From: a virus | Length of the DNA stretch: 32,901 nt | Virus record (IMG/VR): IMGVR_UViG_3300032132_000001 | Span: 362,573-395,473 of that record | Strand: one strand, 5' to 3' | Notes under the pieces: model-generated | Databases searched by the model: none | What the model was told of the DNA's origin: nothing | The model's input: only the letters and a program-made list of their open reading frames with translations | Position numbers and translations under genes: made by a program | Shown: positions 16,532 to 24,038 of the stretch, piece after piece | Position numbering within the stretch: the stretch's first letter is position 1 | Layout: the number at the start of each line of letters is the position of its first letter

Positions 16532-17468
16532 CTCTTGATCTACTCGACACGTATCTCTTATTCGGGGTAACAACCTGACGCATCAGCACTTTCGCACGAG
16601 AAGCGTAAGGCAGGGCCTCCACGAGGTTACAGTTTAATTTACCCTTGTAAGTGCGCATCGCACGCCCAGCCATCTGGGTCAGCATGCTCTTGCTCCGGGT
16701 GTTCCGGGCCACGACCACGCTCTTCGTGCACGGGAGGTCGGTTCCTTCCGTCAGAATCAGGCACGAGAACAGCACGTCCACCTTCCCGTCTTCGAAATCC
16801 TGGAGCTGTCGCTCCCGGTTCGATTTGCCGGTGACAATGGTGGTTCTCATCTGAAGCTTCTCAGAGAATTCTGCTCCTGCAGCCTTGGTCGGCACGAACA
16901 CAATGGTCGGACCGAGCATGCTCTTGTGAGCATTCATCCAAGACGGTAGCACTTCAAGGATATCACCCTTACACCGGACAGAATATACCCATGGTGGTGC
17001 CAGGTATCCTTCTGCAACGAGCTGGTCGATGGAGATCCCAACGACCTGCGCATCAAAGTAGAGGGTTGCGTTGTCTTCGCGTTTGGGCGTAGCGGTCAGA
17101 CCCAAGAACCGGTCGAAGCGAAGCCTATCCTGTAGATCCCGGATGGTGCTGCAAGACTCGTGGTGAGCCTCATCTAGCACCACCAGGTCGAATTTGCCCC
17201 AGGTCGGGTCCGGTCGCTTGAAGACAGAATGGAATACTACGTCATTCCGGCCAAGTTTCTGGAATGACTCATTGGCCTGTTGGAGGAGTCGTCTACGGTG
17301 GGCTAGCCACAGTACCTTGCGGTAGGGCCTGCAAAGCCCTGCCGCAGCAGTGTAAGTCTTACCTCCACCGCACGGCAGGACCGCAAGCACCCGCGCAGCA
17401 CCAGATTGGAAGATTTCGTAGACGGCATCCGTCATATCTTCCTGGTACCAGCGGAGTGATGTGAACAT
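16497..17468 (-). CDS. superfamily-2 DEAH-box DNA/RNA helicase (323 aa)
   Basis: Motif I LPCGGGKT, motif II VVLDEAHHE, motif III LTATP, motif VI QMAGRAMR; N-terminal LRWYQ typical of type III-res/Rad25-like helicases. Confidence 0.8.
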   Translation of the reverse strand: MFTSLRWYQEDMTDAVYEIFQSGAARVLAVLPCGGGKTYTAAAGLCRPYRKVLWLAHRRRLLQQANESFQKLGRNDVVFHSVFKRPDPTWGKFDLVVLDEAHHESCSTIRDLQDRLRFDRFLGLTATPKREDNATLYFDAQVVGISIDQLVAEGYLAPPWVYSVRCKGDILEVLPSWMNAHKSMLGPTIVFVPTKAAGAEFSEKLQMRTTIVTGKSNRERQLQDFEDGKVDVLFSCLILTEGTDLPCTKSVVVARNTRSKSMLTQMAGRAMRTYKGKLNCNLVEALPYASRAKVLMRQVVTPNKRYVSSRSRDGWQTRELGRS

Positions 17469-17966
17469 TTAGTCCTCTTCAGCTAGATCCTCATACACCT
17501 CATCGAGGATTTCGGCGAACTGGTATAGTTCGTGATGGATCGCTTTGCGCGGACTCACGTCGCTCCAGCGCTCCAACGCCCAGAAGAAGGGGCGCAGCAG
17601 GATCGGCGTGCGGCAGATCCAGTCTGCGTACTTCCGCAGTGCGTTGGCGGTCAGGCTCACGTCGAGGATCTCCTCAGCGGTGTCCTCACCATAGAACTGG
17701 ACCAATCCGTCGATCAGATTGATTACCGAGATCTCGGCAAGCTGCTGCTTGCCTACGATACCATCCGTCATGAGCTTGACAGCCGCAGGCGCGACCACAT
17801 TACTCATCAATTCTGCAAGGGCCAGGTTCTCATCCTGGTCCAGAAAAGGTGCCGGCTTGCTGCTCTGGTGATGCTTGAACAGCGTGGTTGCGCTGTGTTG
17901 GAACAGCGTGGTGGCAACCGGACGTCGAATCAGGGCGTCTGCCAAGTTCTTTGGTGTGATTCTCAT
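17469..17966 (-). CDS. hypothetical protein (165 aa); weak resemblance to all-alpha MazG-like NTP pyrophosphatase
   Basis: ATGA overlap with purA/purZ-like stop and TAA-ATG abutment with helicase: operonic. Segment AEEILDVSLTANALRKY loosely resembles MazG E-x-x-D helix (EELGDVLFxL). Weak. Confidence 0.4.
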   Translation of the reverse strand: MRITPKNLADALIRRPVATTLFQHSATTLFKHHQSSKPAPFLDQDENLALAELMSNVVAPAAVKLMTDGIVGKQQLAEISVINLIDGLVQFYGEDTAEEILDVSLTANALRKYADWICRTPILLRPFFWALERWSDVSPRKAIHHELYQFAEILDEVYEDLAEED

Positions 17967-19108
17967 GTAAGTTCCATTACGTGGTGCATACTGTCGGGAC
18001 CAGTCCCGACCACAGTCACCGGGATTCCGGCGTCATCTTCCACCTTCTTGATGAAATCAGTCACCTTGGTCGATAACCTGCCGGGATCGTTGGTGCCATA
18101 GCAATCCCAATCGAGGTAGTTTGCGAAGTTGAGCGCGATCTTAGTCGCTCCCGTCACCATCACGGCGTATTGGAGCTGCGTGGCGGAGTAGGAGAACACG
18201 CGTCGCAGACGTTTGGTCACCGTGGTGAGTTCGCCCTTCGCGACGAGCGGCGGCGCTCCTGCTTCCCGCGTCACCTGTTCCCAGGTGATCTCATTCTGGT
18301 GAGGGTAGCAATCACCGGAGTATCCGACCGTCTTCCCGTCTTCCATTACGTTACCCACGCGGATGGGGAAGGGACGGATTACCATGTAGATGTCGCCAGC
18401 CCACTGGTGCGGTACACCCATGTCGGCCATCATCTGCATCGGAGTGCACTCTCGCGAGGTGCACTGTGGGTAGTGTGACCCGTGGTTGACTCCGAGGCTG
18501 AATCCCTGGCTCCCTTCATGCAACCAGGTGTACTCATTTTTCATCATGAGTATAACCTGTTCACTGAAGAGTGGGTAGACATCACCCTGAGCATCTTGAT
18601 TGGTCACTACACCCCAATCCAACATGTCACGGGCAAGCTTTACTTCAGCACCACGCATCAGCTTCTCAGCCTGTACCGCACCAGATCCCTGCATCGTACT
18701 AGCGATGTGCTTGGTATCGGTGCGCTCCATCTTCGCGTGATCTTCGGTGACGATCATCGCTCTCGGATGGATGTGTACTTTCTTACTTGTGGGGAGTTCG
18801 TCCGAGATGTAGTCACACTCTCGGAGTTCCTGCATTAGGCGTTCCACGGTGAACCCGGCACCAGCGCCGATGTAACACCTCATATCGTAGCCTAGCTTGT
18901 TGAGAATACAGCTGGCAGGAATCACCTTAGAAATGAACTTATATTCTTTGCCATTGACGTTACAGATGGCGGTGTGCCCTGCATTTGGTAGATTGGTCGT
19001 AGAAGCACACTTTACTCCATACTTCCATGCCAAGAATGTGGCGATGTTCCCTTTGCCAGTGCTACCCCACTGACCGTCAATTACTAGATTGAATTTACCT
19101 GCTTGCAT
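17963..19108 (-). CDS. purA: adenylosuccinate synthetase family protein (PurA homologue) with variant P-loop GSTGKGN; PurZ-like (2-aminoadenine pathway) candidate
   Basis: [21 protein letters not shown] vs E. coli [46 protein letters not shown] vs [31 protein letters not shown] vs ATTGRRRRTGW; ISTGPD-like VVGTGPD. Start at ATG19108 with perfect SD AAGGAG 6 nt upstream (track start 19150). Confidence 0.8.
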   Translation of the reverse strand: [381 protein letters not shown]

Positions 19109-19287
19109 GAACGGCTCCTTGTGTAGGTCCGTTTCAAATACTGCTGTCATAGTGGACCGGGCAGGATTTGCACCTTGCGTCTCTGTCTCCAGCGCTTTCC
19201 TTCTCGATAACCATAGGTGGGTTATAAGTTCCCCATCGTTCCAGGGGCTCCCACCCTTAGGGTCGCTAAGCTACCGGCCCAAATATA

Positions 19288-19326
19288 GTGATGGCCCGAT
19301 GGGAGTAATCCGCACCGGGCCATCAC
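19288..19326 (-). terminator. stem-loop downstream of cspA-like gene (11-bp perfect stem GTGATGGCCCG/CGGGCCATCAC)
   Basis: Inverted repeat 12 nt after cspA stop, followed on minus strand by TATATTT; candidate intrinsic terminator. Confidence 0.4.
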
Positions 19327-19337
19327 TTGGAAGACTG

Positions 19338-19538
19338 TTAGATCTTGCGAACGTTCTCTGCGGCTGGACCCTTCGGTCCTTCAACCACGTCGAACTCGAC
19401 TTGATCTTCTTCGTTCAGGGACTTGAAGCCTTCCATTTGGATGGCTTTGTGGTGGACGAACAGGTCCTTACCACCGTCATCGGGCTTGATGAAACCATAG
19501 CCCTTCTCATCGTTAAACCACTTCACTGTTCCACGCAC
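19338..19538 (-). CDS. cspA: cold-shock protein, CspA family (cold-shock domain)
   Basis: [15 protein letters not shown]...[11 protein letters not shown]...[27 protein letters not shown] is canonical CSD with RNP1/RNP2 motifs; GTG start with SD AGGAG 8 nt upstream. Confidence 0.9.
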   Translation of the reverse strand: MRGTVKWFNDEKGYGFIKPDDGGKDLFVHHKAIQMEGFKSLNEEDQVEFDVVEGPKGPAAENVRKI

Positions 19539-19558
19539 TTCTGTCTACTCCTAAAGCA

Positions 19559-19614
19559 CCGGCTGCCGGGATGGCAGCCGGTATTGTACGAACAACGACT
19601 AGTTGTCGTTGTTC
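19559..19614 (-). terminator. two tandem perfect hairpins (10-bp GAACAACGAC/GTCGTTGTTC and 9-bp CCGGCTGCC/GGCAGCCGG) between upstream gene stop and cspA SD
   Basis: First hairpin overlaps stop codon of gene 19599-20207; second ends 6 nt before cspA SD; terminator and/or 5'-UTR structure. Confidence 0.4.
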
Positions 19615-20207
19615 TCCTTGATGTAGGACGCGAGGTCCTTGTTTTTGTGGGTCAGCTCGTACCCCTTCTTCTCCAGCTGCTTCCGCTTGCGCGTCAGCGA
19701 CTTGAAGTCCTTGATGGGGTAGGACGTCCCCTCGGCGCCCTTCTTGCCGAGCGAGCCATTGTAGGTGTTGAAGGTCAGGAAGGACTGACCATCCGCCAGG
19801 ATGACGCACACGGCCTTGGCGATGAAGTCGGCGTGGTCGAAGTCGTTCTCCTTCTGCCACACTTCACCCTGCTTCTGCAGTTCCTTGAAGTTGACCTTTG
19901 CCGGCTCGACGTCCTTCTTGGGAGTCTTCTTCTTCTTCGGGGTTGCGGTCGCTTTTCCAGACATTTTCTCGTTCTTTCGTAGGGTTTCTTGGAATGCGGG
20001 ATTGGGAATTTCGTTGCCGTCCACGACGGAAGCGATGACACGGGAGATGTGCACTCGGTGCGCCTTACCAGATTCAGATCCGGTAAGCTCCACTACCGAT
20101 TTGCTTAGCGCCTCGATAGTGTAGTTCTCTTCGTCACGCTTGCCATCGCTATCGGAAACGACGATCTCACTCCCAACGTCAAGCTCAAACTTGATTTTAG
20201 TGGCCAT
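19599..20207 (-). CDS. hypothetical protein with central lysine-rich linker (PKKKKTPKK) (202 aa)
   Basis: ORF; possible nucleic-acid binding by composition only. Confidence 0.5.
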   Translation of the reverse strand: MATKIKFELDVGSEIVVSDSDGKRDEENYTIEALSKSVVELTGSESGKAHRVHISRVIASVVDGNEIPNPAFQETLRKNEKMSGKATATPKKKKTPKKDVEPAKVNFKELQKQGEVWQKENDFDHADFIAKAVCVILADGQSFLTFNTYNGSLGKKGAEGTSYPIKDFKSLTRKRKQLEKKGYELTHKNKDLASYIKENNDN

Positions 20208-20216
20208 CGCTCTCTC

Positions 20217-21263
20217 CTAGTATAGCTTGCTCTGGTTTTTTCTGTCGAATTTTTTCCACTTTATCCGTGGTGCTACATCTTCCAGATCGCCTGTCCGCGT
20301 TAGGATCTTCCCCGCTGCTTCAGCTATGACCACTTTATTATGCTCATTTCTGCTAAAGTGACGCGCTGCGATTTCACTGAGAAGGTTGAATACGTCCAAG
20401 AGCCAGATAGGTGTAGCAGCTGACTTGCACCAGTTCGCGGATCGCTCAGTGGGACTTGCCAAACCATAGTGGTCAAGAATCGTATCAAGCTCCAACGGTT
20501 CCGCCAGCAACCAATCCCCAGTCCGATTGTCGATCTGGTTCGACGCTGACAGCAGCTCCTGAAGCGAAGCCTTAGTTTGCGCCAATGATTGCAGACGAGC
20601 CTTCAGATACGAGCCCTGTGACTCATCTTGATCTGCGATTGCGAACTTAATGTGGCGCAATAGTTCCTCTGCCACTGATTGCAGTGTCACACCATCGTAG
20701 TTGAACTTAGAAGAGGTCTTCCGGTTCTTTACGATGCTGATGTTTCCGCCCAGCAGACGACGCAGCGCCCGGTTCACTTCGCCCACCTTCGAGCCGTCGT
20801 GCGGCACAGCGACGTGCAGGCCCATAGCGAAGAGCCCGCCGTCACCTTCGAACGCCCGAAATAGCTCATCCGAGAAGACAAACAGGTGCGACGTCACCCG
20901 GCCCAGCACCATCTCTACGAGGTCGTACCGAGCGTGTAGAGCCCGCTGGATCTTGCCCAGGGAGTTGTGATCGATGATCTTGGTGGACGCAGCCACGATA
21001 GTGGTCGCCTCGCCGTTGATCACGTACAAGCGCACCTCAAACTCAGGCTCCCGCTGTGCGAAGCCGTTGAAGATTGTCGTGAGCGGGTTCTTCTCGTTCA
21101 CGGCCTTGACAGGCAGTTCAACCATCTTCAGGAAATTCTGGATGAAGGTGCCGACGATCTGTAGTGTTCCATATGGGGTGTTAAGTGAATACACCCCCTC
21201 TTCACAGGTTAGCCTAAGCTTCCCCATCTTCGTTCGTTTTTGCACGGTTCCGCGTGAAGTCAT
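20217..21263 (-). CDS. hypothetical protein (348 aa)
   Basis: ATG21263 with SD AAGGGAA; overlaps C-terminus of upstream small ORF by 50 nt. Confidence 0.5.
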   Translation of the reverse strand: MTSRGTVQKRTKMGKLRLTCEEGVYSLNTPYGTLQIVGTFIQNFLKMVELPVKAVNEKNPLTTIFNGFAQREPEFEVRLYVINGEATTIVAASTKIIDHNSLGKIQRALHARYDLVEMVLGRVTSHLFVFSDELFRAFEGDGGLFAMGLHVAVPHDGSKVGEVNRALRRLLGGNISIVKNRKTSSKFNYDGVTLQSVAEELLRHIKFAIADQDESQGSYLKARLQSLAQTKASLQELLSASNQIDNRTGDWLLAEPLELDTILDHYGLASPTERSANWCKSAATPIWLLDVFNLLSEIAARHFSRNEHNKVVIAEAAGKILTRTGDLEDVAPRIKWKKFDRKNQSKLY

Positions 21264-21477
21264 AGCGTTCCCTTAGATTATCGATGAGTTCCTGCGCTGC
21301 CTCAAGGGACAAGCAGTCAGGCTCATAAAGCTCTTGCTCCCGGATCAGCTCTCTGATCTCGTCATCTGTTAGATGCGCTTGACCGGGAGTGATTCCTCGT
21401 TTTAGGCGAAGAATCTCATCATAATGCTCCTTTTCTGCCCATACTACAGGTGTTGGTTCTGGCATTTGGTGTCTCAT
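21214..21477 (-). CDS. hypothetical protein (~87 aa)
   Basis: Start moved to ATG21477/21465 because track N-terminus would be translated through two GC-rich hairpins. Confidence 0.4.
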   Translation of the reverse strand: MRHQMPEPTPVVWAEKEHYDEILRLKRGITPGQAHLTDDEIRELIREQELYEPDCLSLEAAQELIDNLRERYDFTRNRAKTNEDGEA

Positions 21478-21480
21478 TTC

Positions 21481-21551
21481 GGGGCCGCCCCTCGGGCGAC
21501 GCCCCATTTTAGCACAAAGCGGGGCGGCGCGCAATTATTTTGCGCGCCGCC
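21481..21551 (+). terminator. pair of GC-rich stem-loops; second is perfect 12-bp stem GGCGGCGCGCAA-ttatt-TTGCGCGCCGCC followed by ACTTTTTAC on plus strand
   Basis: Plus-strand-oriented intrinsic-terminator-like structures lying between two minus-strand genes (stop of 21557-22174 gene is 6 nt away). Confidence 0.4.
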
Positions 21552-21556
21552 ACTTT

Positions 21557-22174
21557 TTACTTCTTGACAATGGGTTCCACTGCATCGGCACACATGCGCA
21601 CGAACTCCCGTGCACTTATGTGGCTGCGCTTATGTTCCCCATTGTGACGACTAGTGTACTTGTGAAAAATCGCAAGGAGGTTCTGCTCTGCCCTTCCGAA
21701 GAGACGATCTTCCGTCCTTTTTTCTGATTTACGCAGATAACTCTCCAGACGTGCAATGTCCTCCTCTGGTAGTCTGTCCTTCAAGCGAGATATCCAGTTT
21801 CGGACACCTTTGATGGTGATCCTAACTCGCTTGGCGGTTCCAAACTTGGAGTCCTTGTCAACTTCTATGTGCTGGAAAGATCGCTGGTTATTGAGGATGC
21901 TTCTGATTAGAGTGTCAGACCCTCTGCGTACTAGGATATCAGGGGTAACCTGACTTCTAATATAGGCTTCCAGTTCTTCAGTGCCAAGCCCTTCAGTAGC
22001 CTTTTTCCTAGACTTAGAGGAAAGGAAGATTGCTCTCCCTTTCCTCTGGGCTTGACCAGGATGAATGTAGTCGCGTGCCTCAGTTCTGATTGGAAGCACG
22101 TCCACCCATTCTCCTGGCTCTTTGAGGAGTTCAGTGATAATGAACTCAGTGACAGGGGAAACAGGTGGCGCCAT
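21557..22174 (-). CDS. hypothetical basic protein (205 aa)
   Basis: ORF; 2-nt gap to upstream gene. Confidence 0.5.
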   Translation of the reverse strand: MAPPVSPVTEFIITELLKEPGEWVDVLPIRTEARDYIHPGQAQRKGRAIFLSSKSRKKATEGLGTEELEAYIRSQVTPDILVRRGSDTLIRSILNNQRSFQHIEVDKDSKFGTAKRVRITIKGVRNWISRLKDRLPEEDIARLESYLRKSEKRTEDRLFGRAEQNLLAIFHKYTSRHNGEHKRSHISAREFVRMCADAVEPIVKK

Positions 22175-22175
22175 T

Positions 22176-23264
22176 CTACTTCTCCTGTAGCAATCCTCGC
22201 CTCATGTGTTCGAGGTGAGTCTTAGCTTCCATCACCTTCTCCAGCAGGTGATCTCGATATTCCTGGCCGCGCTTCTTCACTTCCCGTGGTAGGACATCTA
22301 GCGGAGCGTTGATGATCCTGCCCAAGTCAGCGCTGAATGTCTTGAGCCTCGGGTGCAGCTTGGTCCCCTTAGCAGAGCTTGGGGGCTGCGCTGCTTTCAG
22401 CTTCGCACCCTTGGACTTCAAGAGTTCGATGAGCGCTTCGCTCTCGTTCCGCAGCGGCTTCATGTCCCGGAGCAGCTGCTCCACACCTGGGACCGTCATC
22501 TTGTGGCGGTGAGCCAACTCACAAGCCATGACGAAGATCCTGTTGTCGATGATCGACCCTAGCCTCTGGAGCGAGGTCTTGGCCAGCTTCGTTGCGAGGA
22601 GCGACTTGTCAGCACCTTCCAGCCTCGTCCTCGCCTTGTGGAGCGAGTAGGCCCGATCCCATGCGCGCTCACTGAGACCAACTGTCTCACGCGCGTCCTT
22701 GTGGCTGAGTCGGTTGTTGGTGACCAACAGCAGGGCCTGGCGGAACATGTGGTCCTTGGTGATGGTCGTGGTGCCTCTCAACTTCGGGTTGAGTTCGAAC
22801 GTCAGCCGCTGCAAGGCCAACTGATCGTCCGTCATGATGATGAAGAGTTCTGGCCACACTTCGAACTCTTCACCGAGAGCGCAACGCGCCGCATGTCTAT
22901 GGTTGCCGTCGATGTAGACGACCTTACCTCTGGACACCCAGCCAATGGGGGCGGGATCTTGGAGCGCCCCGACGTCTTCCTTATCGCAGTACTGTTGGAG
23001 GCCGCGCTCTGTGTAGCCTCGTACGTCTTCGTCCGAGAGAGCTTCGGCTCTCGCTTGGTTTCGTAGCGATTCAGCTACGTTGGTGAGATTGAACGGGACG
23101 TTGAACCACAGTTGGTATTCGATGCCGTCCCGCTTACATAGTTCCTTGAGCACTTGCTCAACTGCTCTATTCTGCACTTTCTTGCTGAGGAAACCTCTCC
23201 CCATCGTCTGCGCATCATAGTCTTTCCCAAGCATGTTGGGGGTCGGGTGCTTTAGCTTAGCCAT
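22176..23264 (-). CDS. ParB/Srx-like N-terminal (nuclease/NTPase) domain protein
   Basis: VVYIDGNHRHAARCALG contains the DGxHR motif of the ParB/Sulfiredoxin/DndB/DUF262 superfamily; start at ATG23264 with SD GGAGAAAGA (track start 23300 lies inside a terminator hairpin). Confidence 0.55.
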   Translation of the reverse strand: MAKLKHPTPNMLGKDYDAQTMGRGFLSKKVQNRAVEQVLKELCKRDGIEYQLWFNVPFNLTNVAESLRNQARAEALSDEDVRGYTERGLQQYCDKEDVGALQDPAPIGWVSRGKVVYIDGNHRHAARCALGEEFEVWPELFIIMTDDQLALQRLTFELNPKLRGTTTITKDHMFRQALLLVTNNRLSHKDARETVGLSERAWDRAYSLHKARTRLEGADKSLLATKLAKTSLQRLGSIIDNRIFVMACELAHRHKMTVPGVEQLLRDMKPLRNESEALIELLKSKGAKLKAAQPPSSAKGTKLHPRLKTFSADLGRIINAPLDVLPREVKKRGQEYRDHLLEKVMEAKTHLEHMRRGLLQEK

Positions 23265-23287
23265 TCTTTCTCCACTTCGATCTATAA

Positions 23288-23311
23288 AGGCGGAAATCAT
23301 AAAATCCGCCT
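23288..23311 (-). terminator. hairpin GGCGGA-(10 nt)-TCCGCC followed by TTTATAG on minus strand
   Basis: Located between stop of gene 23321-23623 and SD of ParB-like gene. Confidence 0.4.
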
Positions 23312-23320
23312 CTTTCTATA

Positions 23321-23623
23321 CTACTTCTTGATCTGAGTCACCGGAATGTCTTCCAGCAGACAAGCTTTCCAGTAAACACAATCGTCTAGAGAGAAGCACC
23401 ACCGAGTGGGCTCATAGTCTACGTCTACTTCTGAGAAATGGGCGACCTTGGTGATCGCAGGTTCTGCTGGATCTCCTACGCTCTCTGCGTCGCTCTTGCA
23501 TTCTCGATTGTACTCATCCAACATATGTTGGATGACATCCTGAATACTATCTGCTTCATAGAAGTCGGGGAGCCAGTATTCAGACTCATATATCATGTGC
23601 TGGACAAGGATGAAGGTTTTCAT
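23321..23623 (-). CDS. hypothetical protein (~100 aa)
   Basis: Start at ATG23623 (ATGA overlap with upstream small ORF); track start is GTG23650. Confidence 0.45.
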   Translation of the reverse strand: MKTFILVQHMIYESEYWLPDFYEADSIQDVIQHMLDEYNRECKSDAESVGDPAEPAITKVAHFSEVDVDYEPTRWCFSLDDCVYWKACLLEDIPVTQIKK

Positions 23624-23799
23624 GGGATATACCAGACTGGGCCGCCCCACTTCGAGTCGAACTCGTGGACGGTGGGCATACCGCTGACATAGTATTCGTC
23701 GTCGATGACATCCCTGATCTTAGTGAGTAGGCGTTCTGCCTGCTCTTTGGTCATGCCTTCCTTGAAGACAAGAACAGTACCAACTCGGGGTTGTTCCAT
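23620..23799 (-). CDS. small hypothetical protein (59 aa), not in ORF track
   Basis: ATG23799 preceded by SD GGGGGAG (spacer AATA); TAATG overlap with upstream gene and ATGA overlap with downstream gene. Translation MEQPRVGTVLVFKEGMTKEQAERLLTKIRDVIDDEYYVSGMPTVHEFDSKWGGPVWYIP. Confidence 0.45.
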   Translation of the reverse strand: MEQPRVGTVLVFKEGMTKEQAERLLTKIRDVIDDEYYVSGMPTVHEFDSKWGGPVWYIP

Positions 23800-24038
23800 T
23801 ATTCTCCCCCTATAAATACAATCCCTTCATTGCATTCTTCATTATCACAGTCCATGCCGCCATCGAAGCCATGGCATTCTGGACAGTACTCATAGTCCTC
23901 ATGATGAACAGCAGTGTATAGCACTAGTTGTCCATCATTATCTGTTTCGACTTGGTAGCCGTATTTGTCTGCAATGTCGTATACTTGCTTACGAGCTGCA
24001 GCTTCCATCTTGTCTGCTTCTTCTTTAGATTGGCTCAT
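23799..24038 (-). CDS. hypothetical protein with C-terminal Cys cluster (CPECHGFDGGMDCDNEEC)
   Basis: ORF, coupled to neighbours. Confidence 0.45.
   Translation of the reverse strand: MSQSKEEADKMEAAARKQVYDIADKYGYQVETDNDGQLVLYTAVHHEDYEYCPECHGFDGGMDCDNEECNEGIVFIGGE

Noticed and set aside
19150-19338. Possible tRNA or ncRNA in the 188-nt gap upstream of the purZ-like gene
   Set aside because: No T-loop (GTTCRANYC) or acceptor-stem arrangement could be built by eye. The only strong structure is the terminator-like hairpin after cspA.
19089-19982. 297-aa plus-strand ORF
   Set aside because: Antisense to the cspA gene and the 202-aa minus-strand gene. Low-complexity L/V-rich translation typical of a shadow ORF.
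20967-21276. Plus-strand ORFs as targets of the plus-oriented terminators at 21481-21551
   Set aside because: They lie inside the 348-aa minus-strand gene and look like shadow ORFs. The terminators are more likely antisense or bidirectional elements.
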